From assembly GCA_024679065.1 (NCBI GenBank), contig JAGIQG010000009.1, forward strand, positions 41,726,001-41,790,000: a DNA stretch of 64,000 nucleotides, given 5' to 3'. Under the pieces are notes generated by a model. That model searched no databases and was not told the DNA's origin. It worked only from the letters and a program-made list of their open reading frames with translations. Origin of the DNA: Sphyrna mokarran. Taxonomy: Eukaryota. The translations under genes were made by a program, and so were the position numbers. Below are positions 1 to 12,627 of this stretch, piece after piece; positions within the stretch are counted from its first letter, which is position 1; every line of letters starts with the position of its first letter.

Positions 1-169
1 AAAAAACATCCCTATCATCCTTGAAAATAACTGAAGTTTTGTGCAACACTTCTGAAATGGATTCAGCAGAATCAGTTATTTTGCATTTACTAACAAGAAG
101 TTACGTTAAACAGCATTTCATTTGGCAACAAAAACAGAAAATGGTGGAGAAACACAGCAAGTCTGACAG

Positions 170-452
170 ACTTGATGGCGCTGCTACCTCACAGCACCAG
201 GGATCTGGGTTCAATTCTTGGCTTGGGTCACTGTTTATGTGGAGTCTGCATGTTCTCTCTGTATCTGTGTGGAGTTCCTCCAAGTGCTTCAGTTTCCTTC
301 CACAATCCAAAAGGTGTACTAAGTAAATGCATTGGCCATACTAAATTCACCTTCTGCATACCCGAACAAGTGGAGGAGTGTGGCAAGAAGAGGATTTTCA
401 CACTAACTTCATTGCAGTGTTAATGTGAGCCTACCTGTGACTAATAAATAAT
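170..452 (+). mobile_element. tRNA-derived V-SINE (HE1-like) with ...gtgactaataaata tail
   Basis: B-box-like GGGTTCAATTC and V-domain-like core. Same family as 19670-19942 and 54671-54957. Confidence 0.8.
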
Positions 453-463
453 CTTAAAATTTT

Positions 464-655
464 AGATCTATGGAGAGAGAACAGAGCCAATATTTCGAGT
501 CAGGATGACCCTTCGTCAGGGTCTGACGAAGGATCATTCTGACTCGAACATTGGCTCTATTCTCTCTCCACAGATGCTGTCAGGCCTGCTGAGCTTTTCC
601 AGCATTTTTTTTGTTTTGTTTCAGTTTCCGGTATCCACAGTATTTTGCCTTTGTC
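464..655. mobile_element. Palindromic Penelope-like terminal-repeat remnant
   Basis: About 50-bp inverted arms centred near 520 (gacccttcgtcag/ctgacgaaggatc). Related half-copies lie at ~1960-2060, 43095-43170 and 63840-63910. The family name is inferred. Confidence 0.6.
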
Positions 656-2529
656 TTCGGATTTAACTTGGCAACTTCTGTTTAAAGACCTGAAGAGATT
701 CAAATACAATTTCTATTTAAACATGCTGTTGTGATATCAAAGGAAACCTTAGTCTTAGAATACACATTTGCCTTCAGCATACACAACATCCCAAAGGTTA
801 ACACACATGCCGATAATTGATCTGGATTTTTCTGAACTTATCAAAAATAAAATGCCCTGGAGAAGCCAGAGAACTTCCACCTATTCTTGTAATTCCAGCA
901 ACACTTGACCACACTTGAACAAAGTCTAATTTAGTATTCAGGATAAGGATCCCACTTCTGATTATTGCTTCATCACTGGGAGAGAGATAAGTGCCATGAA
1001 CTTGCAACAGCTTTGAGAGCCAGCAGCACAGCATTTCAGTTAGGAGGAAGAGAGCACAAAGTGAGAGAGAGGGGAAGAAAAAAACTTGATGAGAATGAGA
1101 AAACAATGAGTCTAGGGGCAGCAAAAAAAACAGACATGAAAGAGAGGGAGATGAAAAGAGCAAACAAGGAAGAGTTGAGTAAGACTAAGTAAATGCATCA
1201 AGCTGATGTTACAATTCAAGTACAAAGTGGAATAGCAGGAGGAGGAATAACACTGGATTAGTCTGCACTGGCCAAAACCCAGATTTTCCAAAGTTTAAGT
1301 GAGATTCATATTGCTGAGTCAAAGTTAATGAGAGAGGTTCTTTGGCATCAAGGAATGGAAGCCTCAGGAGAAGTAAGTTCAGACAATCAACACTACCTTA
1401 TCAATGGCAATTCAATGTCACATACATAATAAAGCACTAGCAGGTTGATCAAGGCAGATTGAGGAACAAATGCCCAATGCAGACACTGAAATAATACTGG
1501 AAGTATGCCTCATCTCCAAAGGACTACACAGTCTGAAAGAACACATGAATGAGACAGCTATTAAGCTACAGGATACCCTCACCAAATTTCCCACTCCCAC
1601 CCTCAGCCAAATGTCCTTCTCCTACCACTGCACTATTTTATGCTCTATTTCTTGCAGAATCTAAATGAATAATCAACATCTTGTTACACTGTTTACACCT
1701 AAAATATACAATTGAATGATTGTATTCATCTAGCTTAAATTAAGTTATGCTCAGTCTTGGTGGCGGTGGCTTCCATTTCCAACCCTCCTGGGAGATAATT
1801 TTAACACATAATTTCCTCCCAGTTCATTAGCTGTGCAAATCACCCTGTGATAAATCCTGTGTATTACTGTGTACCTCTTCCACAGTGAATAGCCCCATTT
1901 CCTGAGAAGGATTAAAGACACTACGAAAACAAGGTAAGCAATAATCAAACATAAAAGCAAATTACAGCAGTTTCTGGAATCTGAAACGAAAGCAGAAAAT
2001 GCTGACAGCATCTGCAGAGAGAGAATAAAGCCAATGAGTCCAGGTAACGCTTTGTCAGAAGAATAATCAAGGTCTTATGCAGGTACAACACTTGCTCACG
2101 GAATAAATTTAACCTTTCTCTTGGGAATTCTCAACATAATCAAAAAATTGGTGGTCTCTGTTTTCTTCCACTTGGTCTTCTGCAGTTGAAAGCTCTGATT
2201 ATTGTAGGGACCAAATTATAAAAGATGCAATAAGCCACCAAAATTTTTATAGTGCTGGTACACTGTACTACAGGAACCCTTTTGATCTAACCAGGCAGTG
2301 GAAACAAAACTATAGAATTCCAGTTCTAAAGCTTTTGCCCTTGAATGGAACACGTCTATGGTTAAAATATAGATTTAATTTGAGTCAGCAATTCTGACTC
2401 ACTACTCTGATCAATATTCCATCTATCCATGGATATATATTGCCTGAGGATAAAGGAACAAGGCTATATGACAAAATTGGCATAAAGAATAGGGTGGCTT
2501 GCATTCTTCTCAATCTATCTAGGAAGCTT

Positions 2530-3050
2530 TCATGATTCATTTATATGCAGGCACGGTTTGTGAAATTCTCAAACCAGACCTTTATTGCCATGAGAGTGGC
2601 ATCAGTGGCACCACGCACTTAGAGAAACAAGCCACTGTAGAGAAATTAATTGGTGCTTCTCATTACTTTGCTGGGACCACGACAGGAGTACCTGAATACA
2701 ACACCCATCATCAGTAATGCACTTATGCACTGTTGACTGACTAATGTGCGTAATGTCACCAGAGGCCATTTGGAAACATTTAATGCATGAAAATGTAGTA
2801 CTGTTGTCCCCTTCAGAGTCATTAACAGAGTTGTATCCCAAGTGAAACACAGCTGCAGGTTAGGTTCAAACAACTGGTATTTCTCTGCCACACTGTCAGG
2901 TAGTAAACAGTCTTCTCAGATGATAAAATGCAAAAAATCCATATCGGAATGCCGTATTCTGTCACTTGTGTCATACAGATAGCTATAAGTGAGTATTGCC
3001 TGCATGGTCTTCTCCACTGTGCCTTCAATATCCTCCCCATCAAAACACAC
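2530..3050 (-). mobile_element. Degraded PIF/Harbinger transposase N-terminal fragment
   Basis: ORF 2602..2850 reads 'FQMASGDITHISQSTVHKCITD', similar to the HARBI1-type HTH motif GSFQ..GD..GISQ.. H.CI. Confidence 0.65.
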
Positions 3051-3660
3051 GAACAATGTGTTATGCATTTAAAGTGGTTACACCTTCACTGGTAATAACA
3101 TCATGTGACCTGTAGTGACATAAGCAGAGGAATTTGAAGCTTCTGAGGTTCTGCCATCTTGGACCTTGATCAAGTGAAACCACATGGCTGGCAGTAAGAC
3201 TTCTTCAAAGCATGATGGGAAAAACAGCCAACCGCACAAACATCAGAACTATAAAAATCTGAGTTTGAGGTTTAGTCTATAGCAAGAAGAAAATGAGAAC
3301 TGAAGACAGACAGTCAACTGATCAATGTCCCTGTAATAAGGGTCTTTTGACCTTTATGGTTGCAAAGGTTACTATTGATAGGGAACAATGGAACAGACGT
3401 CCTGTTTTTATGACTCTTGGACAAATGATCTCAACACTGGGAGGGCCTTGGATAAACGTGCGTTTTGGAGCAAAAATAGTATAAAGGTGGAAGTCTCAAG
3501 GTATCAGCACTGACAACACGGACAGGCCATCACAAAGAAAGATACTGAGCTCATAATTCAGAGAAGACTACAGCTGAGCAGAACATGACCAATTCATTAC
3601 ACGAGGATAGTATTTTAAATCCCATATGGGTCTTACGACCTGTCATAAAGAAACTCCAAG

Positions 3661-4322
3661 ACATAGAACATAGAACATAGAACAATACAGCACAGAACAG
3701 GCCCTTCGGCCCTCGATGTTGTGCCGACCAAAATAAAAAGCAATGCCCCTCCTAACTAAACCATTCCCTTCTCATCCATATACTTATCAATACCTCTTAA
3801 ACGCCACCAAACTTGGCGCTCACAACAGCTGCAGGAGGGCATTCCACTCCCTAATCACTCTTTGAGAAAGAACCTACCTCTGATATCCGTCCTATAACTC
3901 ATACCCCTTAATTTAAAGTGTGTCCCTCGTGCTAGCTTTCCATCCTAGAAAAAGGCTATCACTGTCCACCCTATCAAACCTCTAATATCTATATGTTCAA
4001 TAAGTCCCCTAGCCGCCTCTTTCTAACGAAAACAACCTCAAATCCTCACCCTCTCATAGACCTGCCCTCATACCAGGCAAATCCTGTAAACCTCCTCTGT
4101 ACCCTCTCCATGCCTCCACACTTTCTTATAATGTGGGCCAGAACTGCACACAAACTCCAAGTGCGGCCGCACTAGAGTTTTGTACAGTGCAACATGAGCT
4201 GCGGCTCCAAATCAATCCCCCTACCAATAAAAGCTAAGACTCCATAGCCTTTAACAACTTATCACTTGACTGCCTACTTTCAGGGATCTATACAAACACC
4301 AAGATCCTCTTCTCAACACTAT
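3661..4322 (-). mobile_element. CR1 LINE 3' fragment, same young subfamily as 32644-34299
   Basis: (catagaa)n tail. Aligns by eye to 32645-33350 with many 1-2 nt deletions. Confidence 0.9.
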
Positions 4323-4539
4323 TAAACCACCACCCAACCACACCCCAAACAACCCACACCCACAAAACCCACCACCCCCCCCCCAACCCACCCAAACAAA
4401 CACCCCCACACCCACCCCCACACACCAAAACCCCCAACAAAAAAAACAAACACACCCCAACAACCCCACACACACCCCAACCCACAAAAACCCCACAACC
4501 ACCACCCCCCACCCACCAACAACCAAACAAACACCCCAA
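4323..4539. repeat. A/C-only low-complexity tract
   Basis: About 215 nt containing only A and C, with no regular period. Confidence 0.9.
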
Positions 4540-5082
4540 CGAGTACTGAGTTAAACATATGATCTTTAAGAAGGAACGTATATTGAGTTTTTGTATGTCT
4601 TGTGTCTTCAAGTATTGCGAATGAATTGAATCAGCTTATAGTCTGATGCACAGGTTAGGTTGATTAGCCATGTTAAAGTGACCCTAATATCAGAGGGATT
4701 AGCAGGATAAATACGGGAAAAGGGCCTGGATGGGATTGTGATCAGTAGAGGCTTGATGGGCCGCATGGCCTCATTCTGTACTGCAGGGATTCTATGATAC
4801 TCTGGGGTCTTTTTCTAATATGATAATTAAAAAATAAACAGTTGACATCTAAAGACATCCAAAGATGTGCAAGTTAAGGGATTGGACTTGCTAAATTGCC
4901 CGTTAGTCTTCCAAGAACAAATTGTCTCTTCGTGTCAAGTTTACAAGAGTACTTGAACAATTTGCAAGCTATATTGGAACATCTACAAAAATATAATCTG
5001 TGGGTCAAAATGACTCTTTCATTTTTTTCATGGATTACATCATTAATAAGGATGGTTTGCATAAAGTACTCAAACAGATGAT

Positions 5083-6014
5083 GGGCAGGACTCTCCCAAA
5101 AAATTTTAAGTGCTGAATTTGCTTAAAACTGGAATAAATCTCACTAGTTTTTTTTAGCATGAGTTTCAAAACAAATCTCCCACATTTTTGTACATTGCAT
5201 AATGCCCTAGTGTGAACTACTCCAAAAATCACGGGCAGGATCTAACTCCACTGCAGAGGCCAGCAGCGTATCACTGAGCAGGCAACTGTGCATGCACTGA
5301 TATGTCAGAGCGGAGATCGGCAATGCACAGTAATTCTGCATTGCCGGCCTCCTGACTGCTATCAGCACAGGAACCACTCATCATTGCCCCACTAATCCCC
5401 CAAGGCTGATCGTTGTCCTTCTGGACATCTTCAGGTCAGCCCCGTCTCTGGCCCACCTCAATCTCTGCACATCTCCCCACACCCCTCCATGCCAGTCCTG
5501 ATTCTCACCCCTCCCCACTGCCAAGACAGCTGAACCAGCTTCCCCCCACCACACCAGTGGCTAGTCATATGAGCCCCTTCCCTCTGTCCCCACCAATCTG
5601 ACTGCAGAGTGAAAGCAGGACCCCAAACTCCCACCCATCATTCCTGAAGTCCCTGAACTCCCCCATTAGGAGCCCCCTCAGATTTCCGGTGAGCAGTTCC
5701 AAGCTGCTGCATGCGAATTGCCACTTTGCCCTTTGGGCAATGCCAGGCTGGCAATATCCAAGGAGCATCCCTTGTCTCCAATTTCCTTGGGGGGGCTTCC
5801 ATGGCTTTCCTTCATCCAGCAGTGTCAGGCCACCAGCTCCCCATTAATGGGGAGTTGTTGCAAACAAACTCGAGTGAAATACTCTGGCAGGAGAGGGAGG
5901 GGGTGAGTGGCTAACGGACCAGAGACTTCAGTATTGGACTGACTAATGATATTAAAATTGTGATTTAAGTATTTTAATCAGTTATTATAGCAAAACATCT
6001 GGGAGAATTGCCCC
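5083..6014. mobile_element. Non-autonomous TIR element (Harbinger-type MITE)
   Basis: Ends gggcaggactctccc ... gggagaattgcccc are imperfect inverted repeats. The first ~140 nt are homologous to 51881-52020. C-rich interior. Confidence 0.65.
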
Positions 6015-7284
6015 AATAGCAATTTTAGAAACACATATTCAAAACGTGATGCAACTGAGATCATTTCTCAGATTAATGGTAAATTTGTTCCAAACTTAGC
6101 AACACTACGAACATCAACAAACACAAGCAGACATGGCACTGGACAAAATAATGCAAAACAGCATATGAAGAGGTCAAAAAATTCTTAAAGAGGTCAGAGC
6201 CATTAGTCTACTTCAATCCCAACCTGAAGTTACAACTTGCTTGCACTGTATCACCCCTCTTCGCTTCATAAATGTTTTTACAAAGTCTTCACTTCATCCA
6301 TTTTTACTAGTGCAGGAACAAGTTATGGCTCAGTTAGAAAAAGCAGCTTTGGTGTAAGATTCCATCACTACCTTTATGGGTGTTATTTTAGACTTTTGAC
6401 AACGACAGTCCACTATATAAAGGTATTCCTTCTTTAGCAGATCATAGGCTACTGAGATGGTCTTTAATATTATCCGCACACCTATGATATTAAATATTGT
6501 CAATCAGAGCAACATGCAAACACTGCTGCTTTGTCAAGATTGCTGCTACAAATTGAGCAAGAAACTGAACAGAATTTCATCAACCTTCTACCTTTCTTAC
6601 AAGCGAATAGTGTACCTGTGACTTCATCTCAATTTCAGAGACACAGAAGAACTGATCCAGTGATGAGGAAGGTTATGAAAATGGTTCTGAAAGAAGCGAT
6701 GGCAGAAGGAGAGTGTAAAAACCCAAATCTCAAGCCTTACATCAGAAGACGACTTGAGCTGACAGTCCAGAATGGTATTTTATTATGGGGAACCGAGTGA
6801 ATATTCTTCCTTGCTTGCGTAGAAAAATCCTTGCAAAGCTGCACAAGGGATATCCAATTGTGGGAAGAATGAGGGAACTCACACTTAGTTATTTCCGGGG
6901 GCCAGGATTAGATGCACAAATCAAAGTGAATGTGGGGCAATGTCAGTCCTACACAAATCTAGGAAAGACTTTACTGCTACAATTCTGACAAATACAGGAA
7001 TGGCTGAAACACAGTAAGAAGTCTCACAACACTAGGTTAAAGTCCAACAGGTTTATTTGGTAGAAAACGCCACAAGCTTTTGGGACTCTGTCCCTTTGTC
7101 AGATGCTTTTGATGATCTAAGAGCAAAATTTGATCTTCTCATACACCTGAAATTCAGAGATTATTAAATGACAACAAAAAGCACAGACTGCTGGAAAGGA
7201 CCAGAACTCTAAAAAGGAAACAAGTATAAAGCACTACCAATGGAAAATGGATATCTGCCATTATTGTAGGAAAAACAAGTCAAA

Positions 7285-9070
7285 GACAAAGAACAGTACA
7301 ACACAGAAACAGGCCCTTCAGCCCACAAAGCCTTAGCCAATACATGATTCCTTTCTAAATTAAAGACCTTTTACTTCTAAGCAGTCTGTATTCCTTTATT
7401 ACTTGCCTCTTCATATATCTGTAAAGATACCTCGTAAATGTTAATACCATATCTGTATCTACCATCCATTTTGGTAGTACATTCAAGGCACTTGCCATCC
7501 TTTGCGTAAAAGACTTGCCTCTCACATCTCCTTTCAATTTTCCCAATTTTAGTAAATGATATTTCTACCGTGAAAAAGACTCTGATTGTTCACTAAATCC
7601 ATGCCTCATAATTTTATAAACTTCTATTAGGTTGCCCCTCAGCCTCTGATTTTTAAGTGAAAACAACCACATTTGTCCAATCTCTCCTCATAGCTAAAAC
7701 ACTCCAAACCAGACAATATCTTGATAAATCTTTTCTGCAGCACTCCAAAGCCTCCACATTCAGCTGGTAGTGTGGCGGTCAAACTGTATGCAGTATTCCA
7801 AACATGACCTAACTGAAGTTCTATCCAGCTATGACATGACTTGCCAATTTTTATACTCTATGCCCCAACCGATGAAGACAAGCATACCATCATTTTCTTG
7901 ACCATCTTATCCACTTGTGTTGCCACTTTCAGGAAACTCTGGACCAGTACGCCTCAATACCCCTGTATGTTAATGTTTCTTAGAATTCTGCCATTTCCTG
8001 TGCACTTCCCTCCTGCATTAGCCCTTCTAAAATGCATTACCTTGCATTTTTCTGGATTTCTCCACCCAAGTGTCCAACGTATCTATATCCTGCTGCATCA
8101 TGTGGTGATCCTCCTCACTATCCACAGCTCCCCCAATCTTTGTGTCATTCGCAAACTTACTAATCACACCATCTCCATTCTCCTCCAAATCATTTTTCAT
8201 ATATATATATATATATAATATATTATAAACAACAGGGTCCCTAGTGCTGATCCCTGCAAAACATCACTGATCATAAATCTCCAATCAGAATCTCCATCAT
8301 TATTCACTATCTTCTATGACCAAGCCAGATCTGTATCCATCTTACCAGCTCACTGCAGATCCCTTGGGACTTTAACTTCCGTATCATGAGGTTTTTTGTC
8401 AAAGGCCTTGCTAAAGCCTATATAGATAACATCCACCACCCTACCTTCATCAATCATCTTTGTCACTTCCTCAGAAATCTCATTCAAGTTTGAGTCATGA
8501 TCGCCCCAGCAGAAAGCCATGCTAATAAATCCATATTTTTCTAAATGTATAATTCTGTCCCTAAGAATATTCTCCAATAATTTCCACACCATTGACATAA
8601 AGCTCGCCAGACTGTAATTTTCTGGATTATCCCTGTTGCCATTCTTAAACAAGGGGACACCATTGGCTATTTCCCTGGAACCTCTCCTATTGCTAATGGG
8701 TTACAAAAATTTTGTATAAGGCACCAACAATTTTTTCCCTCATCTTTCTCAGTATTCTAATAGACCCTATCAGATCCTGGAGACTTGCCTACCTTAATGT
8801 CTTTCAAAGTACTTTACACCTTTTTTATACTGATGTATCCTAGAATATCAACACACTCTTCTTTAAACCCACCATCTACCGTGTCCTTCACTTTTGTGAA
8901 TACCAACGGAAAGTATTCCCTAAGATCTCACCCTTCCTCTGGCTCTACGTATAAATTCCTTCCTTTGTCCTCAAGTGGACTTATCCTTTTCCTAGCTACC
9001 CTTTTGTTCCTTATATGCATGTAAAACATCTTGGGATTTTCCTTAATCCTGTTTGCCAAGGTCATTTCAT
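7285..9070 (-). mobile_element. Degraded CR1 LINE ORF2/3' end
   Basis: ORF 8350..8652 reads 'KNGNRDNPENY...VDVIYIGFSKAFDK'. ORF 7355..7546 resembles the CR1 C-terminus. An (AT)n tract lies at ~8198-8217. Confidence 0.85.
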
Positions 9071-10673
9071 ATGTGGCTTTACGTCCCATATCTTACACTG
9101 CACAGGCGAATAATGAGAGAGCTTGGCAACATGATACTGACCAGATACTTCCCTCACAAAGTGAAATCATTGATGCTTCACAGTAAGTACTGATATTGGA
9201 AATGCTAAGTTAGTCTAGACAAATCCAGGTTGTTTCTGAAGAATCTTCAACACCAACAGAAACTGACACCAAAATAGTTTTGCATGAGGAATTACCAACC
9301 GAAGAAAAAGAGGACACGTCAAAGGCCTCAAGTAGCAAAATTCCAACTGAATTCAGTACAATGCAAAAGAAAAACATCCATGTAAGAGAATGTCTTATTA
9401 TTCGTTTACATGGGAAAAAAGTGATGCAAAATAATGTACCTATTATTTAATTCAGTCTGTTGATGAAACATTAAGAAAGATTGTCGCTTGGAGGCAAAAG
9501 AAGTAAAAGTATATTATATACTTAAAGTTGTTGCATCTCTACTGGTATAACATTTTGTGATCTGTAGTGATATAAGCAGAGGGATTTGCAGGCTTTTGAG
9601 GCTCTTCCATCTTTAGCCTGGAAAAAGCAACATCTCCAAAATAAACCTGTATTGCATTGATTTAAACCCACAAGTAAAGCACCTCATTATTTCTCTCTTT
9701 GTTGTGTTATGCATTGATCAGGATTTACAATGAAATTACAAAAGAGAAAGTCATTATTTTTGTAAAAAGAACTCTTAAATTTGCTGAAAATTTAAGCAAA
9801 TCCCTTTTGGCATAAAAATTTTGCAGCTGTTCTTCGCTGCAAATCATTTTGAACCAGAAGCCACTGTACGACCATGATCTGTTAGAAGAATATGGGAGGT
9901 ATATAGAGACACGGGAGAAAAGGCTAGGAGTTTGTAGTGACAGAGAAAGAGAAAGCAAGGATAAAACATAAACATGCACAACTTCTGGGATTTGTTTTGG
10001 CTATTATTGGCCATGGAAGAAATTCCTACCCATGAGAATGTGGTTATAAATTATGAAAATAATATTACATTATTCCAGAATTTTTAACATTTTGCACAAA
10101 CAAAATTGTTCTGGCCAGTCCTGTAACATTCATAATTCAGTTAAATTTATTTCAATACGATACATATGGTAAGAATAGCATGTTTTAGAGGAACTAGTGT
10201 TTTTGAACCCATGATTCCCAGAACTTTTCATCACAGACAATTTCCTCATCTTATGTCTGGGTCTAATGTATAACAATTAATTGCAACAATTTCATCATCA
10301 CTGTATTGTACAATTACTACAATCAAAGAAGGGGACCTAGATGAATCACAGTCTTGATTCATTAAGCAACTTCAATATTCCTAAGATACCACCCAGTATT
10401 CTTCTGGCAAAGTGAAATATCAAAGTAGTAACTGTCCAAGGTACAAGGAGAATTACAATTAAGAAAAAAAAGATTTAAAATAAGAGCACCATGCTTCTCC
10501 ATAAAGGAAGCAAAATTGCTGGAGGATGTGGCTCATGTGCTTCTAATTACTATACTGCATGTTTATGGATTGGGATGAATCAACTTACTGACACTGAGTA
10601 TTTACCAATTTTTCAAAAACACTTAGTTATGATATTGCAGGTGCAATGTTATGCTTATTAAGATTATTCTTAC

Positions 10674-11012
10674 CTCACTTGCATTATTGTCTTGAAATAA
10701 TTGTGAAGCATTAAGTATTTGATCATCAGCTGTTTTTATACTTGTTGGGGTTGTCAGCTCAGAATATTCCAATCGATCATTTATATGTTGCTTGTCAACA
10801 TTTTCATAAATTAGCTGTTCTAGCTCATTTTCATCATCCACCAACATTTCCCGCTCTTCATTTTCCTGGCTCCACGGATCTCTTGCAAACCTCTCTGTTG
10901 GCCCAAATTTAGCTTCACAGCCAGCCCTGCTAGAACATAAATCCAACAACTCTAAATGCGGCTCAGGTTCATCAACTAGTTCTTCTTCCGAAAATGAAGC
11001 ATCTTCAAATTC
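10674..11012 (-). CDS. PATJ: PATJ coding exon, long acidic linker (EFEDASFSEEELVDEPEP...EEREMLVDDENEL...DNNASE)
   Basis: 339 nt, caatag| and GAG|gtaaga. Contains the motifs 'EELVDEP' and 'EERE.LVD.E.EL' seen in human PATJ. Overlaps ORF 10623..10949. Confidence 0.9.
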
Positions 11013-12627
11013 CTATTGGAAGTAACAAAAAAAAAGCACAAGTTAGATTTCATTTATAATGTAACAAAACACTTATCCCGTTTCCTATCTTTCTCCAAAT
11101 TAAATTCAGGAGCCAACCGGAAAAAAAAAAGTTGCCCCACAACCATATAACACTCAGCTCGGCATTTAGTGGCTCAGGGCAAGACTTTTGCCCCCAACTT
11201 AGAAGGAAGTCTCACCTTAGAGACCTTTCTAATCTGATTGGCCAGCAGCTCCGTAGTTCCAGCAGCACCAGATTCAAGTGGTGACAACCATTAGGTTCAC
11301 AGCACAGAAGAGGAGGCCAGACTGAAGTTAAGTCTGTTTTATCTCTGGGTCCAGGCTGGCAGGCCCTGCTGAGGAGGCGGAGGGAAGAAGGGCCATATAT
11401 GAGAGACAGTGTGGTGGGGGGACAATCAAAGGGGTGGGGAGGGGTGGATATGATCTTGAGGGGATAGGCTGCTTCCAGTGAGCACAGGGGACCGCAAAAG
11501 TGGTCTCCCCATTGATGCCCTACATCAGGTTGCCCACTAAAGGTTGCTGGGCGCTCTGCTTGGCATGGATCTCCCTCAGAAGAAAGGATAAACTGCAAAA
11601 TGCTGCATTCAAACACACCAGCAGTGCAGTATAAAATCCAATCCTTAATTTAGGCATTATTACAATAATTTCACAATAATTTTCAATGTCAAAAACTATT
11701 TTAGCTGAAGTTTGATAAGGAAACATATGATTTATCTGAATTCTAAGCATAATTTTGCCATACATTTTATATGCTGTGCCAAATTTTCTCCTTTACATTT
11801 GAAATATTAAAAAGATTTGATGCCATTAAGAAATCCATGTCATTGCTAATGATGAGTGGGCACTGTGAAAAGATCTATATGTTGCAAGCATTATCAGTTT
11901 CTATTTTATTAAAGCACAGAATTCACAAATCTTTTTCAATAGGAAAAAATGAAACCAACACGGTACATATCAACAGAAGCTTCAAACAGTGAATACTAGG
12001 TTAACTCTAAATCAGCTGTTATAGTGCATATGTTACATTGATGCTCTGGAGTATGCTTATAACTCATGGCTGGTCTGACCTGAATTGTGACTTCAGTCAT
12101 TAGTCATAAAGACCTTACTTTTTTCACAACACAGGGTGCCAGTTGTTAATTATATAATAATGTTAAATCACATGCAGGCAATGTTCATTAATTGGGGCAT
12201 TAGCTGGGGATTCACTCGTGCGCTTATAAATAGAAATAAACTATAACTGTGATAACTAGATTAGAAGCCACATGGTTCTAATGTACATCTTTAAATAAAT
12301 AAGTACATAAAGGCTGACTCCAACTCTATCCTTCACTACTTGACTTTCTGGAGTGCAACACCAGTGATATGGAGTAGGTCTGTTAGTGACTGGCAAGAAG
12401 AGAATTATGTTGACCATTTTGGACCATTCAACAAAATAGTTCTGACAGGGAATTTGTGATAAGGATGGCAGTCTATTGTTCCTCTTTATACATGTCAGCA
12501 TTCTTTTTTATATTTCATATCACATGCATCTGCAGAATCTTTATCTTTCACAAATTTCTCCTATTTTCTTGCCTTATTCTCATGTAGATTTTTCCCACGT
12601 TCTTTCATTACTTTGGCAAGATGAATA

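Larger units (their letters stand above)
3057..9720 (+). mobile_element. Old Ty3/Gypsy LTR retrotransposon with paired LTRs and nested insertions
   Basis: Direct repeats at 3057-3168 and ~9511-9620. RNase H remnant 'FGVRFHHYLYGCYFRLLT' (~6350-6400). Integrase zinc-binding remnant in ORFs 6531..6800 and 6785..6988. Confidence 0.75.

Noticed and set aside
2530-3050. Possible domesticated HARBI1-like gene
   Set aside because: The fragment is frameshifted, lacks a visible DDE core and is cut by an LTR.
4251-4611. Three overlapping Gly/Val/Trp/Cys-rich ORFs
   Set aside because: They are translations of the A/C-only tract, which cannot contain stop codons on the minus strand.
1-9700. Next canonical PATJ exon toward PDZ6
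   Set aside because: No convincing exon found. The region is nearly all TE-derived, so the gene probably continues beyond the window.
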